Assembly (NCBI RefSeq): GCF_000012465.1
Contig: NC_007335.2
Location: 1,050,001 to 1,082,000, forward strand
Reading direction: 5' to 3'
From: Prochlorococcus marinus str. NATL2A
Lineage (GTDB): Bacteria; Cyanobacteriota; Cyanobacteriia; PCC-6307; Cyanobiaceae
Length of the DNA stretch: 32,000 bases
A program made the position numbers and the translations under genes. Positions within the stretch are counted from its first letter, which is position 1, and each line of letters begins with the position of its first letter. Under the pieces are notes generated by a model. That model was not told the origin of the DNA. It worked only from the letters and a program-made list of their open reading frames with translations, and did not search any database. Shown here piece by piece: positions 24,634 through 31,865 of this stretch.

Positions 24634-24920
24634 ATGTTTCCTCTCATAGATTTTTTACAAAACATACTTTGAGAATAAAAACGTCTCATTTCTATAGATG
24701 TGACACCCTTTTCCAAAAGGTAACCAGAGATGGCCGCTTGCATTAATCGATGTTGATCCCAGTTTGGATGTTCATCTATAAATTTTCTAATTGCATCATT
24801 CAGATAGACAGGTACATCTTCTATAAAACTAACTATCGACTCAGTTTGACTATTAATAGAAAGACTTTTCCTCTGATCTATTTTTTTTTGTTGCACCGTT
24901 TCTAACCCAGGATTGTGCAT
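24630..24920 (-). CDS. Small protein, DUF2811-like (96 aa)
   Basis: VPVYLNDAIRKFIDEHPNWDQHRLMQAAISGYLLEKG resembles the cyanobacterial HPNWDQ...A..GFL.QNG family as I remember it. Confidence 0.6.
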   Translation of the reverse strand: MHNPGLETVQQKKIDQRKSLSINSQTESIVSFIEDVPVYLNDAIRKFIDEHPNWDQHRLMQAAISGYLLEKGVTSIEMRRFYSQSMFCKKSMRGNI

Positions 24921-25933
24921 TAAATATTTCTCGGTTGAGAGACCAGTATCAAGGATTTTGGTTTCAAGTCAAGGAACACAAAAGGTCAAGTCTTAAGGTG
25001 TCTCATCAAGAGATCCTTTGGGAGAAAAGGGTGTCAACAGGAAAGAACAAATATAAAGACTAGCTTGTATATATCATCACCAAAAAAGCATTATTTGAAG
25101 GATTTTCCCCTGAAGTCCAGCCTGAAAGGGTTTATTTGTTCTTCTCTGTGGAAAACATGTTGAAAACAAATCAATTTCTCTTAGAAAACCATTTAAAACT
25201 TGATTGATTAGATTATCTTATGAATGATATAAGATTTTTTTTAAGACTCATCAATTAGTTGGATAAGGACAATTAAACATTATCTAGTCTATTTGTATAT
25301 TCATTTTTTGAGGAACATATAAGCCTAGGTGAAGGATCTGCTGATTAATATTCTTTCTCTAGATCAGTTTGATGCGCTTTATCTGAAGAAAAAAGGACTA
25401 ATCATAAACTTAATTTTTATTCTTTTGAAAATAATATAAAAAACTGAGAGATGGCTTTATATAGTTGATCTCTCAAAAACTTATGCTTTAAAACTCTATG
25501 AATTTTTCTATGTTTTTGAATTCTTTGAAAAGTTGGGATCAAATATTTTAAATTGTGGAAAAGTATTGAGTTATACAAAGAATAGTTTTGGAATGTAAAC
25601 ACTTTCAAATCAAATCTTTAGGGGAATATCCAAGACAAACAACCGAGTTCAAAAAAGTTTTTCGTTAAAGAAAATATAAATAACGAAAACTTGTAGGTAA
25701 TAGGTTGCAATTTCATACGGAATCCATTTGCTCCTGAATTTGATTTTCTTCTAGGAGGACTTTTTAGTAAAGTGCTTTGAAATTTTGCAGCTGCATTTGA
25801 TCAATAACCACTAGAAGGCAATCTAGATGTGAATATTTTTAATTAATTAACTTCTGTTCAACACAAAACTCTTAATTACAAATGTTTTAGAGGTAATTTC
25901 CATACATATGCATTGAATAGAGTCAATCAACCA

Positions 25934-26080
25934 ATGACTAATCCAGTCGAATCAATGGTTATCTCGTTAGGTAATGAACCTGCAGAAGTCCTTGGATTCA
26001 AAACAGAAGAACAAATAGAAACAGCCTTAATCCCCTTAATGGAAGAAGTTTTAACAAATGAAGCCATTTCTCTTAAATAA
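25934..26080 (+). CDS. Acidic 48-aa peptide
   Basis: MTNPVESMVISLGNEPAEVLGFKTEEQIETALIPLMEEVLTNEAISLK. Confidence 0.35.
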   Translation: MTNPVESMVISLGNEPAEVLGFKTEEQIETALIPLMEEVLTNEAISLK

Positions 26081-26234
26081 ACCAATTAATGAAGAAGAAG
26101 AAGACTGAAAGAATGCGAGACTAAATCACCTTATAAATTGTAAAAGGTCCTGGTATAGACACAAAGAGTATTAACTCCAATTTCAAGTTCAAGATTACTA
26201 GCTAGATATTAATTAACAGATAAGTCTTAGACGA

Positions 26235-26429
26235 ATGAATGCTGATAAGCAGCTTAAAGACATCTTGCATATGGCAGTCAATAATGCTGTTTCAAGAATG
26301 AAAATTTTAAGAAGAGCTGCCGATCGTCGCTGCTTATTCAATGAATACAAGGAATGGCTAGGAGAAAGTATTAATGATGAAGTTTTAGTAATTCCTTCAG
26401 AGATCATTCAAAACGAATTAGATAAATAA
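26235..26429 (+). CDS. Hypothetical protein (64 aa)
   Basis: ORF track. Preferred over the overlapping minus-strand ORF 26213..26407 on composition. Confidence 0.5.
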   Translation: MNADKQLKDILHMAVNNAVSRMKILRRAADRRCLFNEYKEWLGESINDEVLVIPSEIIQNELDK

Positions 26430-26645
26430 AAAAGACTTTCTAATCACCTCAGGGAAAGACTACAAGAGACTAGATTCAACTTATTGAGCTTGGAGATAAG
26501 TTCCTAAGCTAAAGATTAAAATTACTCATAGATGTAAATATTACTAATTCAACTAAAAGGGTCTTTTATAATATTGATTCAAAGATTGCTTGGTAGGGTC
26601 AATAGCAAGCTCATCATGATCATCTATTTCGAATAGCTAATAAAA

Positions 26646-27104
26646 ATGACAGAAGACTGGACCACAACTGATGAGCTAAAGAAAGAAATTATAACCGCCG
26701 TTTATCAGGATATAAATTCTCAAATAGAGGAAATGGTTGAAGATCTTGGCTGTCCTAGAAGTTTTGCAGAAAATTTATTAAAATCCATAGCTGACAACTT
26801 TAAGGATGGAACAAAAGCAGTCAAGAATGAATCTTCCTATTCTTCTCGTCATGCATCAACACCAGAGCATGAGAAAGGTGCTGAAGAAATAGTGAGCAAG
26901 TATGAGAGAGAAGCAAAGAAGGCATCCTCTGATTTATTGAATGTTTTCAACAAAAAAATAAAAGTTACTGGAAATAACGATGAACAAAGTTCTTTATATT
27001 CCTCTCGACATATCTCAACTCAAAACGAAGAAAAAGGAGCTGAAGCAATAGTTACTAAGAACGAGGAAAAAATTAGGAATGCGATGAAAAAGGAAAGGTC
27101 GTAA
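26646..27104 (+). CDS. Hypothetical protein (152 aa) with an internal tandem duplication
   Basis: SSYSSRHASTPEHEKGAEEIVSKYE (about 26832..26915) is repeated as SSLYSSRHISTQNEEKGAEAIVTKNE (about 26988..27071). Confidence 0.6.
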   Translation: MTEDWTTTDELKKEIITAVYQDINSQIEEMVEDLGCPRSFAENLLKSIADNFKDGTKAVKNESSYSSRHASTPEHEKGAEEIVSKYEREAKKASSDLLNVFNKKIKVTGNNDEQSSLYSSRHISTQNEEKGAEAIVTKNEEKIRNAMKKERS

Positions 27105-27260
27105 TCCGAAATAGGAATCACGGCTGGAGCTGGAGAAAAATGACTGGGTTTATTGGGTAAGATCTACTATTTTCAGTAGGTGGGGATTGGCATGATTCCT
27201 CTTGACTTGTAATAAGAATTTCTTATTGTTCCTCTGTACTTATTTTCTGATTTTTAAAAG

Positions 27261-27479
27261 ATGACTTTTGCAAATACATATATCTATAGCGATAGAAGTA
27301 TTTTTGATCTAAAGACTTTATTAGAGGCAATTAGATTTATTATTGTTAATTCTATTTTGGCCTTTATTTTTTTATTTCTTACTGTTGAAGAATTTGAATG
27401 GTCAATATTTTCTTCTAGAGAAAGAATTAAAGATAAGGTTATTGACGAAACGTCATGGAATATCAAAACATTAATCTAA
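27261..27479 (+). CDS. Hypothetical membrane protein (72 aa)
   Basis: ORF track; TM segment FIIVNSILAFIFLFLTV. A minus-strand ORF overlaps it. Confidence 0.3.
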   Translation: MTFANTYIYSDRSIFDLKTLLEAIRFIIVNSILAFIFLFLTVEEFEWSIFSSRERIKDKVIDETSWNIKTLI

Positions 27480-27581
27480 AAGAGGTTAGGACTGGAGCTG
27501 GAAAAAGATTGCTGGAATTAATGAGCTTTGTCTAACTAGTATTTAGTATTCGTAACTGGTCTAAGGCTTAGCGTATTATTT

Positions 27582-27806
27582 TTATTTTTGTTCTTGATCT
27601 TCTTGTTCCCATGCTTGAAATTGGAAATAAAATATTGCGCAAATCGCTACGAAGATTGAAAGCAGTCCCGCCCAACCCAAAAACTTTTGTTCGGTAAAAA
27701 GATTAGTCAGCGATGACTGTTCGACATAACTAGCATCCATCTCGTTTTGAATATTCCCAGTCCATTCGTCAGCAGCAAAATAAATATTCCTAAGTAAATC
27801 AAGCAT
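27582..27806 (-). CDS. Hypothetical membrane protein (74 aa from the ATG; the track extends to a GTG at 27896)
   Basis: C-terminal TM segment GWAGLLSIFVAICAIFYF. The GTG-extended version would contain a terminator hairpin, so I prefer the ATG at 27806. Confidence 0.5.
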   Translation of the reverse strand: MLDLLRNIYFAADEWTGNIQNEMDASYVEQSSLTNLFTEQKFLGWAGLLSIFVAICAIFYFQFQAWEQEDQEQK

Positions 27807-27835
27807 TTCAGCACTGGTACTTAATAAGAAGACTA

Positions 27836-27865
27836 GTAAAAAGAAAACCCTCACTGTGGAGGGTT
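27836..27865 (-). terminator. Orphan intrinsic terminator (sRNA end or leader attenuator)
   Basis: Minus strand reads AACCCUC-CACAGU-GAGGGUU followed by UUCUUUUU. There is no ORF upstream of it for about 400 nt except a 23-aa one. Confidence 0.6.
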
Positions 27866-28024
27866 GGCTAAAATTGTGTGAAGGGAAAGACCACACTTTT
27901 TAATTTAACGAACTAAGGAAAAGGATTTCACCAGCCATCCCCTGATCTGACTGAAGCCAAACAAACCTTTCAATACTAACTTCCAACGTATTAATTCCTT
28001 AAAAAGAAGTTCTCTTAAACTGAA

Positions 28025-28260
28025 GTTTGGTTGAAGTAGTGCTTTCTACTTTCTTCTTACAAATAGGAGGAGTAGATCAAAGGCGAAGCAAAGAGTGGTT
28101 ATAAGACAATCAACACTCCTTTCACCATTCCTCAAAAAGACAATTGCGATCTTTGCAAGATTAAAACTAACAATAGAAAAGCAACTGAAAATCGATTCTT
28201 AGATAAATTGTTTAAACTCAACTAAAGAGACAGTTTTGATTTTGTTTTCGACTGACCTCG
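28025..28260 (+). repeat. Noncoding repeat family, copy B
   Basis: Aligns with copy A over about 155 nt and with the reverse complement of copy C over about 235 nt, including ttgattttgttttcgactgacct at the far end. Confidence 0.7.
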
Positions 28261-28476
28261 GTCAATTGAAAAAGTGATCTTTTGGTTTATAAAAATGAAA
28301 TGCCTAAAAACGTAAGTGATAAAGAAGAAAAAATCAAAAGTAGCTCAGTAAATTTCATGTAGGCGTTGGAAGTTATTCTGGCTTAGAGCACCATCATTAA
28401 GCTAGCCACGTCAATCTTTTTCGACTCAGATTTTCCACAAATAAGGGGGTTCAAACATTAAATCGATACAAGTTAA

Positions 28477-28551
28477 AGCTGGATATTGAGCAAGATTGCA
28501 AAAATCTATGGAGTAATTCCTAATACTTTCATGTGATGGTCTATGCCTTAA
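28477..28551 (+). pseudogene. Remnant X of a small HTH-like gene
   Basis: SWILSKIAKIYGVIPNTFM*WSMP* aligns with copy Y (DWSNIAKNYGANPNSVSRRSMA*); in-frame TGA. Confidence 0.5.
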
Positions 28552-28772
28552 CGCTTCCTGAGATAAATAAAGAAATAAACAATCCAAAACACAGCTATAT
28601 AAATAAAAAAAACTGCTATTGGGTTTAACCCTGCCACCGATGCATATTTCAGCCCTAAAGGTATTGAGGCAAAAATAACACTATATCCAATCAGGTGATT
28701 AAAAACTCCCCAGCTTCGGAAGTAGCAAGACAAGGCAAATCCCATGAGAACTAAAACTGCGAATATTGCCAT
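28548..28772 (-). CDS. Polytopic small membrane protein (74 aa)
   Basis: ORF track; three hydrophobic segments. Last gene of a tightly packed three-gene unit. Confidence 0.6.
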   Translation of the reverse strand: MAIFAVLVLMGFALSCYFRSWGVFNHLIGYSVIFASIPLGLKYASVAGLNPIAVFFIYIAVFWIVYFFIYLRKR

Positions 28773-29015
28773 CTATCTTTTATCCTTTTTCATATCGTAA
28801 TTAAATTTGGTAGAAGCTTTGTTGCCTTGCCAACTAAGAGTGCCTTGATACATGTCCTCACCTTGTAAATATCTAATTGCCTCATTCGACATTGGATCAA
28901 GTGAAGGTGCTTCAACTATTCCCTCTTGAGGCATTGGCCCAACATCTTCTGCTTGAGCTGCAAGAGGGCAGAAAAACAAAAGAAGACCAAGAACAAAAGA
29001 AAAGAGTTTTTTCAT
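28773..29015 (-). CDS. Secreted small protein (80 aa)
   Basis: ORF track; signal peptide MKKLFSFVLGLLLFFCPLAAQA/ED. Confidence 0.6.
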   Translation of the reverse strand: MKKLFSFVLGLLLFFCPLAAQAEDVGPMPQEGIVEAPSLDPMSNEAIRYLQGEDMYQGTLSWQGNKASTKFNYDMKKDKR

Positions 29016-29114
29016 CTAATCCAAACTTTCCGCATAATCTCTGAGAATTTCTGCAATCACATTTGATGGAATTTCTTCTTGAGCGTCCTTGCAAAGATCA
29101 AAGAACTTATCCAT
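29016..29114 (-). CDS. Acidic 32-aa peptide
   Basis: MDKFFDLCKDAQEEIPSNVIAEILRDYAESLD. Internal ATG of track ORF 29016..29237; its stop abuts the next ATG. Confidence 0.4.
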   Translation of the reverse strand: MDKFFDLCKDAQEEIPSNVIAEILRDYAESLD

Positions 29115-29218
29115 GAACTCTTTTCTGGAGGCTCTAATAAATAATAGATAAACGTCTATTCTGAACTGAAACTTTATAAGAAATTTGCAATAATTCCATA
29201 TACTTGTTTTTATTCTTG

Positions 29219-29497
29219 ATGTCTCTAGAAACAACAATATTCACTTTTAAGATTTCAGTTCCCTTTGAAGAATGGGCAAAAGGATTTGATAGTCCAGACA
29301 TTGACGCATTACACAAGGCGAATGCAGTTACACCTTTATATCGTGGAGTTAGTAAAGATGATCCTCAATCTGTGGTAGTAGTCCATCAAGCAGAAGAGGG
29401 AGTTGCGAAAGCAATGTTTGAAGGAGCAAGAGAACCAATAGAAGCTGGCGGTCACATTTGGGATTCAACCGTTATTACCAGTTACTTGTCAGAATAA
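29219..29497 (+). CDS. Hypothetical protein (92 aa), paralog of 13534..13794
   Basis: First ATG within track ORF 29204..29497 (which has a TTG start). Confidence 0.55.
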   Translation: MSLETTIFTFKISVPFEEWAKGFDSPDIDALHKANAVTPLYRGVSKDDPQSVVVVHQAEEGVAKAMFEGAREPIEAGGHIWDSTVITSYLSE

Positions 29498-29545
29498 GAA
29501 ACGTCTATTACTTCTTTTGGGTCCTTTGTTAATTAAATCAATAGG

Positions 29546-29629
29546 GGTCACCCATTCGAAGTTCACTTAGAAAGTTATTCCAGATTTATTCCAGACGGAA
29601 ATGCTGATTGATACGCTAAAAAGAATTAA
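29546..29629 (+). pseudogene. Second, shorter tyrosine-integrase C-terminal remnant
   Basis: GHPFEVHLESYSRFIPDGNAD*YAKKN* aligns with DHTTEVHHQSYERFIPDGTVDLYAKCN at 20800..20976 (about 17 of 27 identical). Confidence 0.55.
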
Positions 29630-29646
29630 GCCGCTAAAATTACAGT

Positions 29647-30405
29647 TTGAGTGCACCTTTATTTTCAAGTGTTAGGTCTGGAGATACCATTCTGGTTGGC
29701 GAGAATGAAATCTGCAAAGTTCTTTCATTTACTGGAGGTTCTAGAGATCCAGACGCTCCCTCACTATTCCAAGTGGCGAATGTTGATACAGGTGAAATTA
29801 AGCACGTTCATGCTGCTGAAGTGAAAGAGATAGTTTGCAGATGGGAGAAGGAAAGACTGAATCTTCCTGCTGAATTGCCACTAAGTAACTTCCTTCCAAC
29901 GGTTGAAAACTATGAGAAAGAAGTAAGTAAAAAGAAATTGAGAGGCAATGAGGAAAGCAAAGATTGGAAAGACCTACATCATATAACTGAACCTGAAGTC
30001 CATCCAAAGAAATATTTTGACCAGATAGAGGTGTTTGGATCCATAGAGAAGCGTTCATGGATCCATGGTCCAAAGTCACCAAAAAGTTTCTTTATAAATG
30101 AATCAAAATGTCCTGTAAGAAACCCCTTCGACAGAATCAATGGCTTAGTAAGGGAAGAGGGAGTAAAAATGTTTGATGGTTTGGTTTGACAGAGTTGGCA
30201 TGAAGATGGAAATATTCCAAAAGAAGCTAAAGAGTGGTTTGATGCAAGAGTGGAAGATTTTATAGCTGGAACAGATATTGATCTTGTTTGTAATTGTCGA
30301 AGATTTAGAGGTCAAGATGATTCTGTAGGTCTACAAGCTAAACACCCTTGCGATTGTCATGGCTATACATTGAAAAAATATATTGAATTTTTAGCTGACA
30401 ATTAG
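29647..30405 (+). pseudogene. N-domain plus DUF4326-like fusion gene interrupted by one in-frame TGA
   Basis: The frame stays open from 29647 (TTG) to the TAG at 30403 except for a TGA at 30187..30189. Downstream it reads QSWHEDGNIPKEAKEWFDARVEDFIAGTDIDLVCNCRRFRG...PCDCHGYTLKKYIEFL, collinear with its paralogs. Confidence 0.7.
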
Positions 30406-30429
30406 GAACAAGAATTTCCTTTGCCTAGT

Positions 30430-30446
30430 CTTCAAGCCATAGACCA
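30430..30446. repeat. 17-bp direct repeat, left copy, flanking repeat C
   Basis: cttcaagccatagacca, versus ctttaagccatagacca at 30709..30725 (16 of 17). Confidence 0.6.
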
Positions 30447-30448
30447 CG

Positions 30449-30686
30449 GACTGACATTTTCAGGTCAGTCGAAAACAAAATCAAATCTCTGCCTATAAAG
30501 GTTTCTAAAAAGGTTATCTAATAATGGATTCTCAACTGCTTTTCTTTTTTTAGTTTTAATTCTGCAAAGGTCGTAATTGTCCTTTTTTGGGATAGTGAAG
30601 GGAGTAAATAGCTTCATAAACCTCTTATGGCTACACCTATGGTCTACTCCTTCTTTGTTCTGGTTAGGAGTAGGAGAACACTACTA
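30449..30686 (-). repeat. Noncoding repeat family, copy C (inverted)
   Basis: The reverse complement aligns with copy B over about 235 nt. It has an 8-bp CUACUCCU/AGGAGUAG hairpin. Confidence 0.7.
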
Positions 30687-30708
30687 AAATGAGAATAAAA
30701 GATTAACT

Positions 30709-30725
30709 CTTTAAGCCATAGACCA
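30709..30725. repeat. 17-bp direct repeat, right copy
   Basis: See 30430..30446. On the minus strand it reads tggtctatggcttaa, which is the 3' end of the HTH-like gene family. Confidence 0.6.
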
Positions 30726-30751
30726 GCTTCGAACAGAAGTTGAACTAGATC
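30711..30751 (-). pseudogene. Remnant Z of the small HTH-like gene (3' end only)
   Basis: The reverse complement gatctagttcaacttctgttcgaagctggtctatggcttaa matches copy Y at about 30 of 41 positions without gaps. Confidence 0.45.
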
Positions 30752-30872
30752 TCTAGATCAGCTGGAAAGGTTTTAGGAAACTCTCATCACTTCAATCATA
30801 TTTTTACAAAAACTCCATAAACTCAAAAACTTCTCAATAAGAGGATAATATTTTTAGGATTATTCTAGAAAT

Positions 30873-31475
30873 TTGATTTATCCAAAGACATTACAACTTG
30901 AATCTGGAAGTGATCTTCTTAATAGTCTTCAAGCTCTGGCGACAAAAGAAAATAAATTAGGATATGTTTTGAGTGTAGTAGGTAATTTATCCATAGCTAA
31001 ATTTCAATGTCCGGGGAAAGGAGAAGCTACTACAATTAAAAATCATCTAGAAATAATAGGCTTGAATGGAACAATATCTCCAAACAAATGTCATCTTCAT
31101 ATAAGTCTTTCAGATGGAGAATGCAAGGTATGGGCCGGTCACCTAGAGGAGGGGACGATAATACTAAAAGGCGCTGACTTATTAATAGGATTTCTTGATG
31201 AGACTATAAGTAAAAAAGAAGTCAATACTAATCAGCAAGCAGTTGAAATATTTATACTTCCAGATTGTCCATGGTCCTCGAGAGCTGTTCGGATGCTAAG
31301 AACATTACAAATACCACATGAAATAAAAGTGATCGAAAATGATGAAGATTTTAATTCCCTTCATAAAAGAAGTAATTATTCGAGCTTTCCTCAAATTTTC
31401 ATAGACGAAGAATTTATCGGTGGCTACACAGAATTATCTGAACTTCATGCTTCAGGCAAATTAAGCAGTTTTTAA
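30873..31475 (+). CDS. PPC/DUF296 domain fused to a glutaredoxin-like domain (200 aa)
   Basis: N-terminal half: LGYVLSVVGNLS...CHLHISLSD..G.VWAGHLEEG (PPC pattern). C-terminal half: CPWSSRAVRML...SFPQIFIDEEFIGGYTEL (Grx fold, with CPWS in place of CPYC). TTG start per the track. Confidence 0.7.
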   Translation: MIYPKTLQLESGSDLLNSLQALATKENKLGYVLSVVGNLSIAKFQCPGKGEATTIKNHLEIIGLNGTISPNKCHLHISLSDGECKVWAGHLEEGTIILKGADLLIGFLDETISKKEVNTNQQAVEIFILPDCPWSSRAVRMLRTLQIPHEIKVIENDEDFNSLHKRSNYSSFPQIFIDEEFIGGYTELSELHASGKLSSF

Positions 31476-31612
31476 TGATGAAGAAGTTATCAAAAGGAAT
31501 AAGAAAGTTTCAGAAGAAATAGCAGCTATGGAAGTTATGCCAGGACTGGAGCAATATTGCAAAAAATTATGGAGCTAATCCTAATTCTGTTAGTCGGAGA
31601 TCTATGGCCTAG
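31475..31612 (+). pseudogene. Most complete copy (Y) of the small HTH-like gene, with an in-frame TAG
   Basis: MMKKLSKGIRKFQKK*QLWKLCQDWSNIAKNYGANPNSVSRRSMA*. TAG at 31520..31522; its ATG overlaps the preceding stop (TAATG). Confidence 0.5.
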
Positions 31613-31733
31613 AAAGTTTATTGATAGTCTTATCAGACTTTTTTAAAATTTTTAGAGCCTCTTTTCTTGAGGTACAAGCATCAGCCTTTGCTTGAAGTTT
31701 TAAAAGTTTGGAGTGTTGTTTTTCTAAGTTCAT
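31602..31733 (-). CDS. Hypothetical 43-aa protein
   Basis: MNLEKQHSKLLKLQAKADACTSRKEALKILKKSDKTINKLSRP. Confidence 0.35.
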   Translation of the reverse strand: MNLEKQHSKLLKLQAKADACTSRKEALKILKKSDKTINKLSRP

Positions 31734-31837
31734 CCAACGATAGGATAAAAACGAAGATGGAAAGCTAACAACTTTTATCATTAACCGAGAGAGGTCTAAT
31801 CGTAAAGTTCTCTAATTTGTATATTTTGAGCAAGACA

Positions 31838-31865
31838 ATAGAAAACCCCCTTGTTTAAAAGGGGG
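31838..31865 (-). terminator. Intrinsic terminator (minus strand)
   Basis: Minus strand reads CCCCCUU-UUAAAC-AAGGGGG followed by UUUUCUAU. No convincing ORF lies upstream within the window. Confidence 0.5.

Noticed and set aside
25214-25242. Weak AT-only hairpin (atcttat/ataagat) plus T8, as a terminator of an unannotated sRNA in the 24.9-25.9 kb gene-poor stretch. Also the 63-aa ORF at 25417..25608.
   Set aside because: The stem is 7 A/T pairs with negligible stability. The ORF is lysine/phenylalanine low-complexity with no support.
28912-30082. Track ORFs 28912..29094(-), 29134..29316(-) and 29798..30082(-).
   Set aside because: They overlap better-supported genes in other frames (the secreted protein, 29219..29497 and the DUF4326-like gene).
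30187-30189. TGA read as Trp or selenocysteine (genetic-code change or recoding).
   Set aside because: Ordinary genes in the window terminate at TGA (for example psaJ at 164..166). The other interrupted ORFs use TAG and TAA as well, and I see no SECIS-like hairpin. A point mutation or a sequencing error is more parsimonious.
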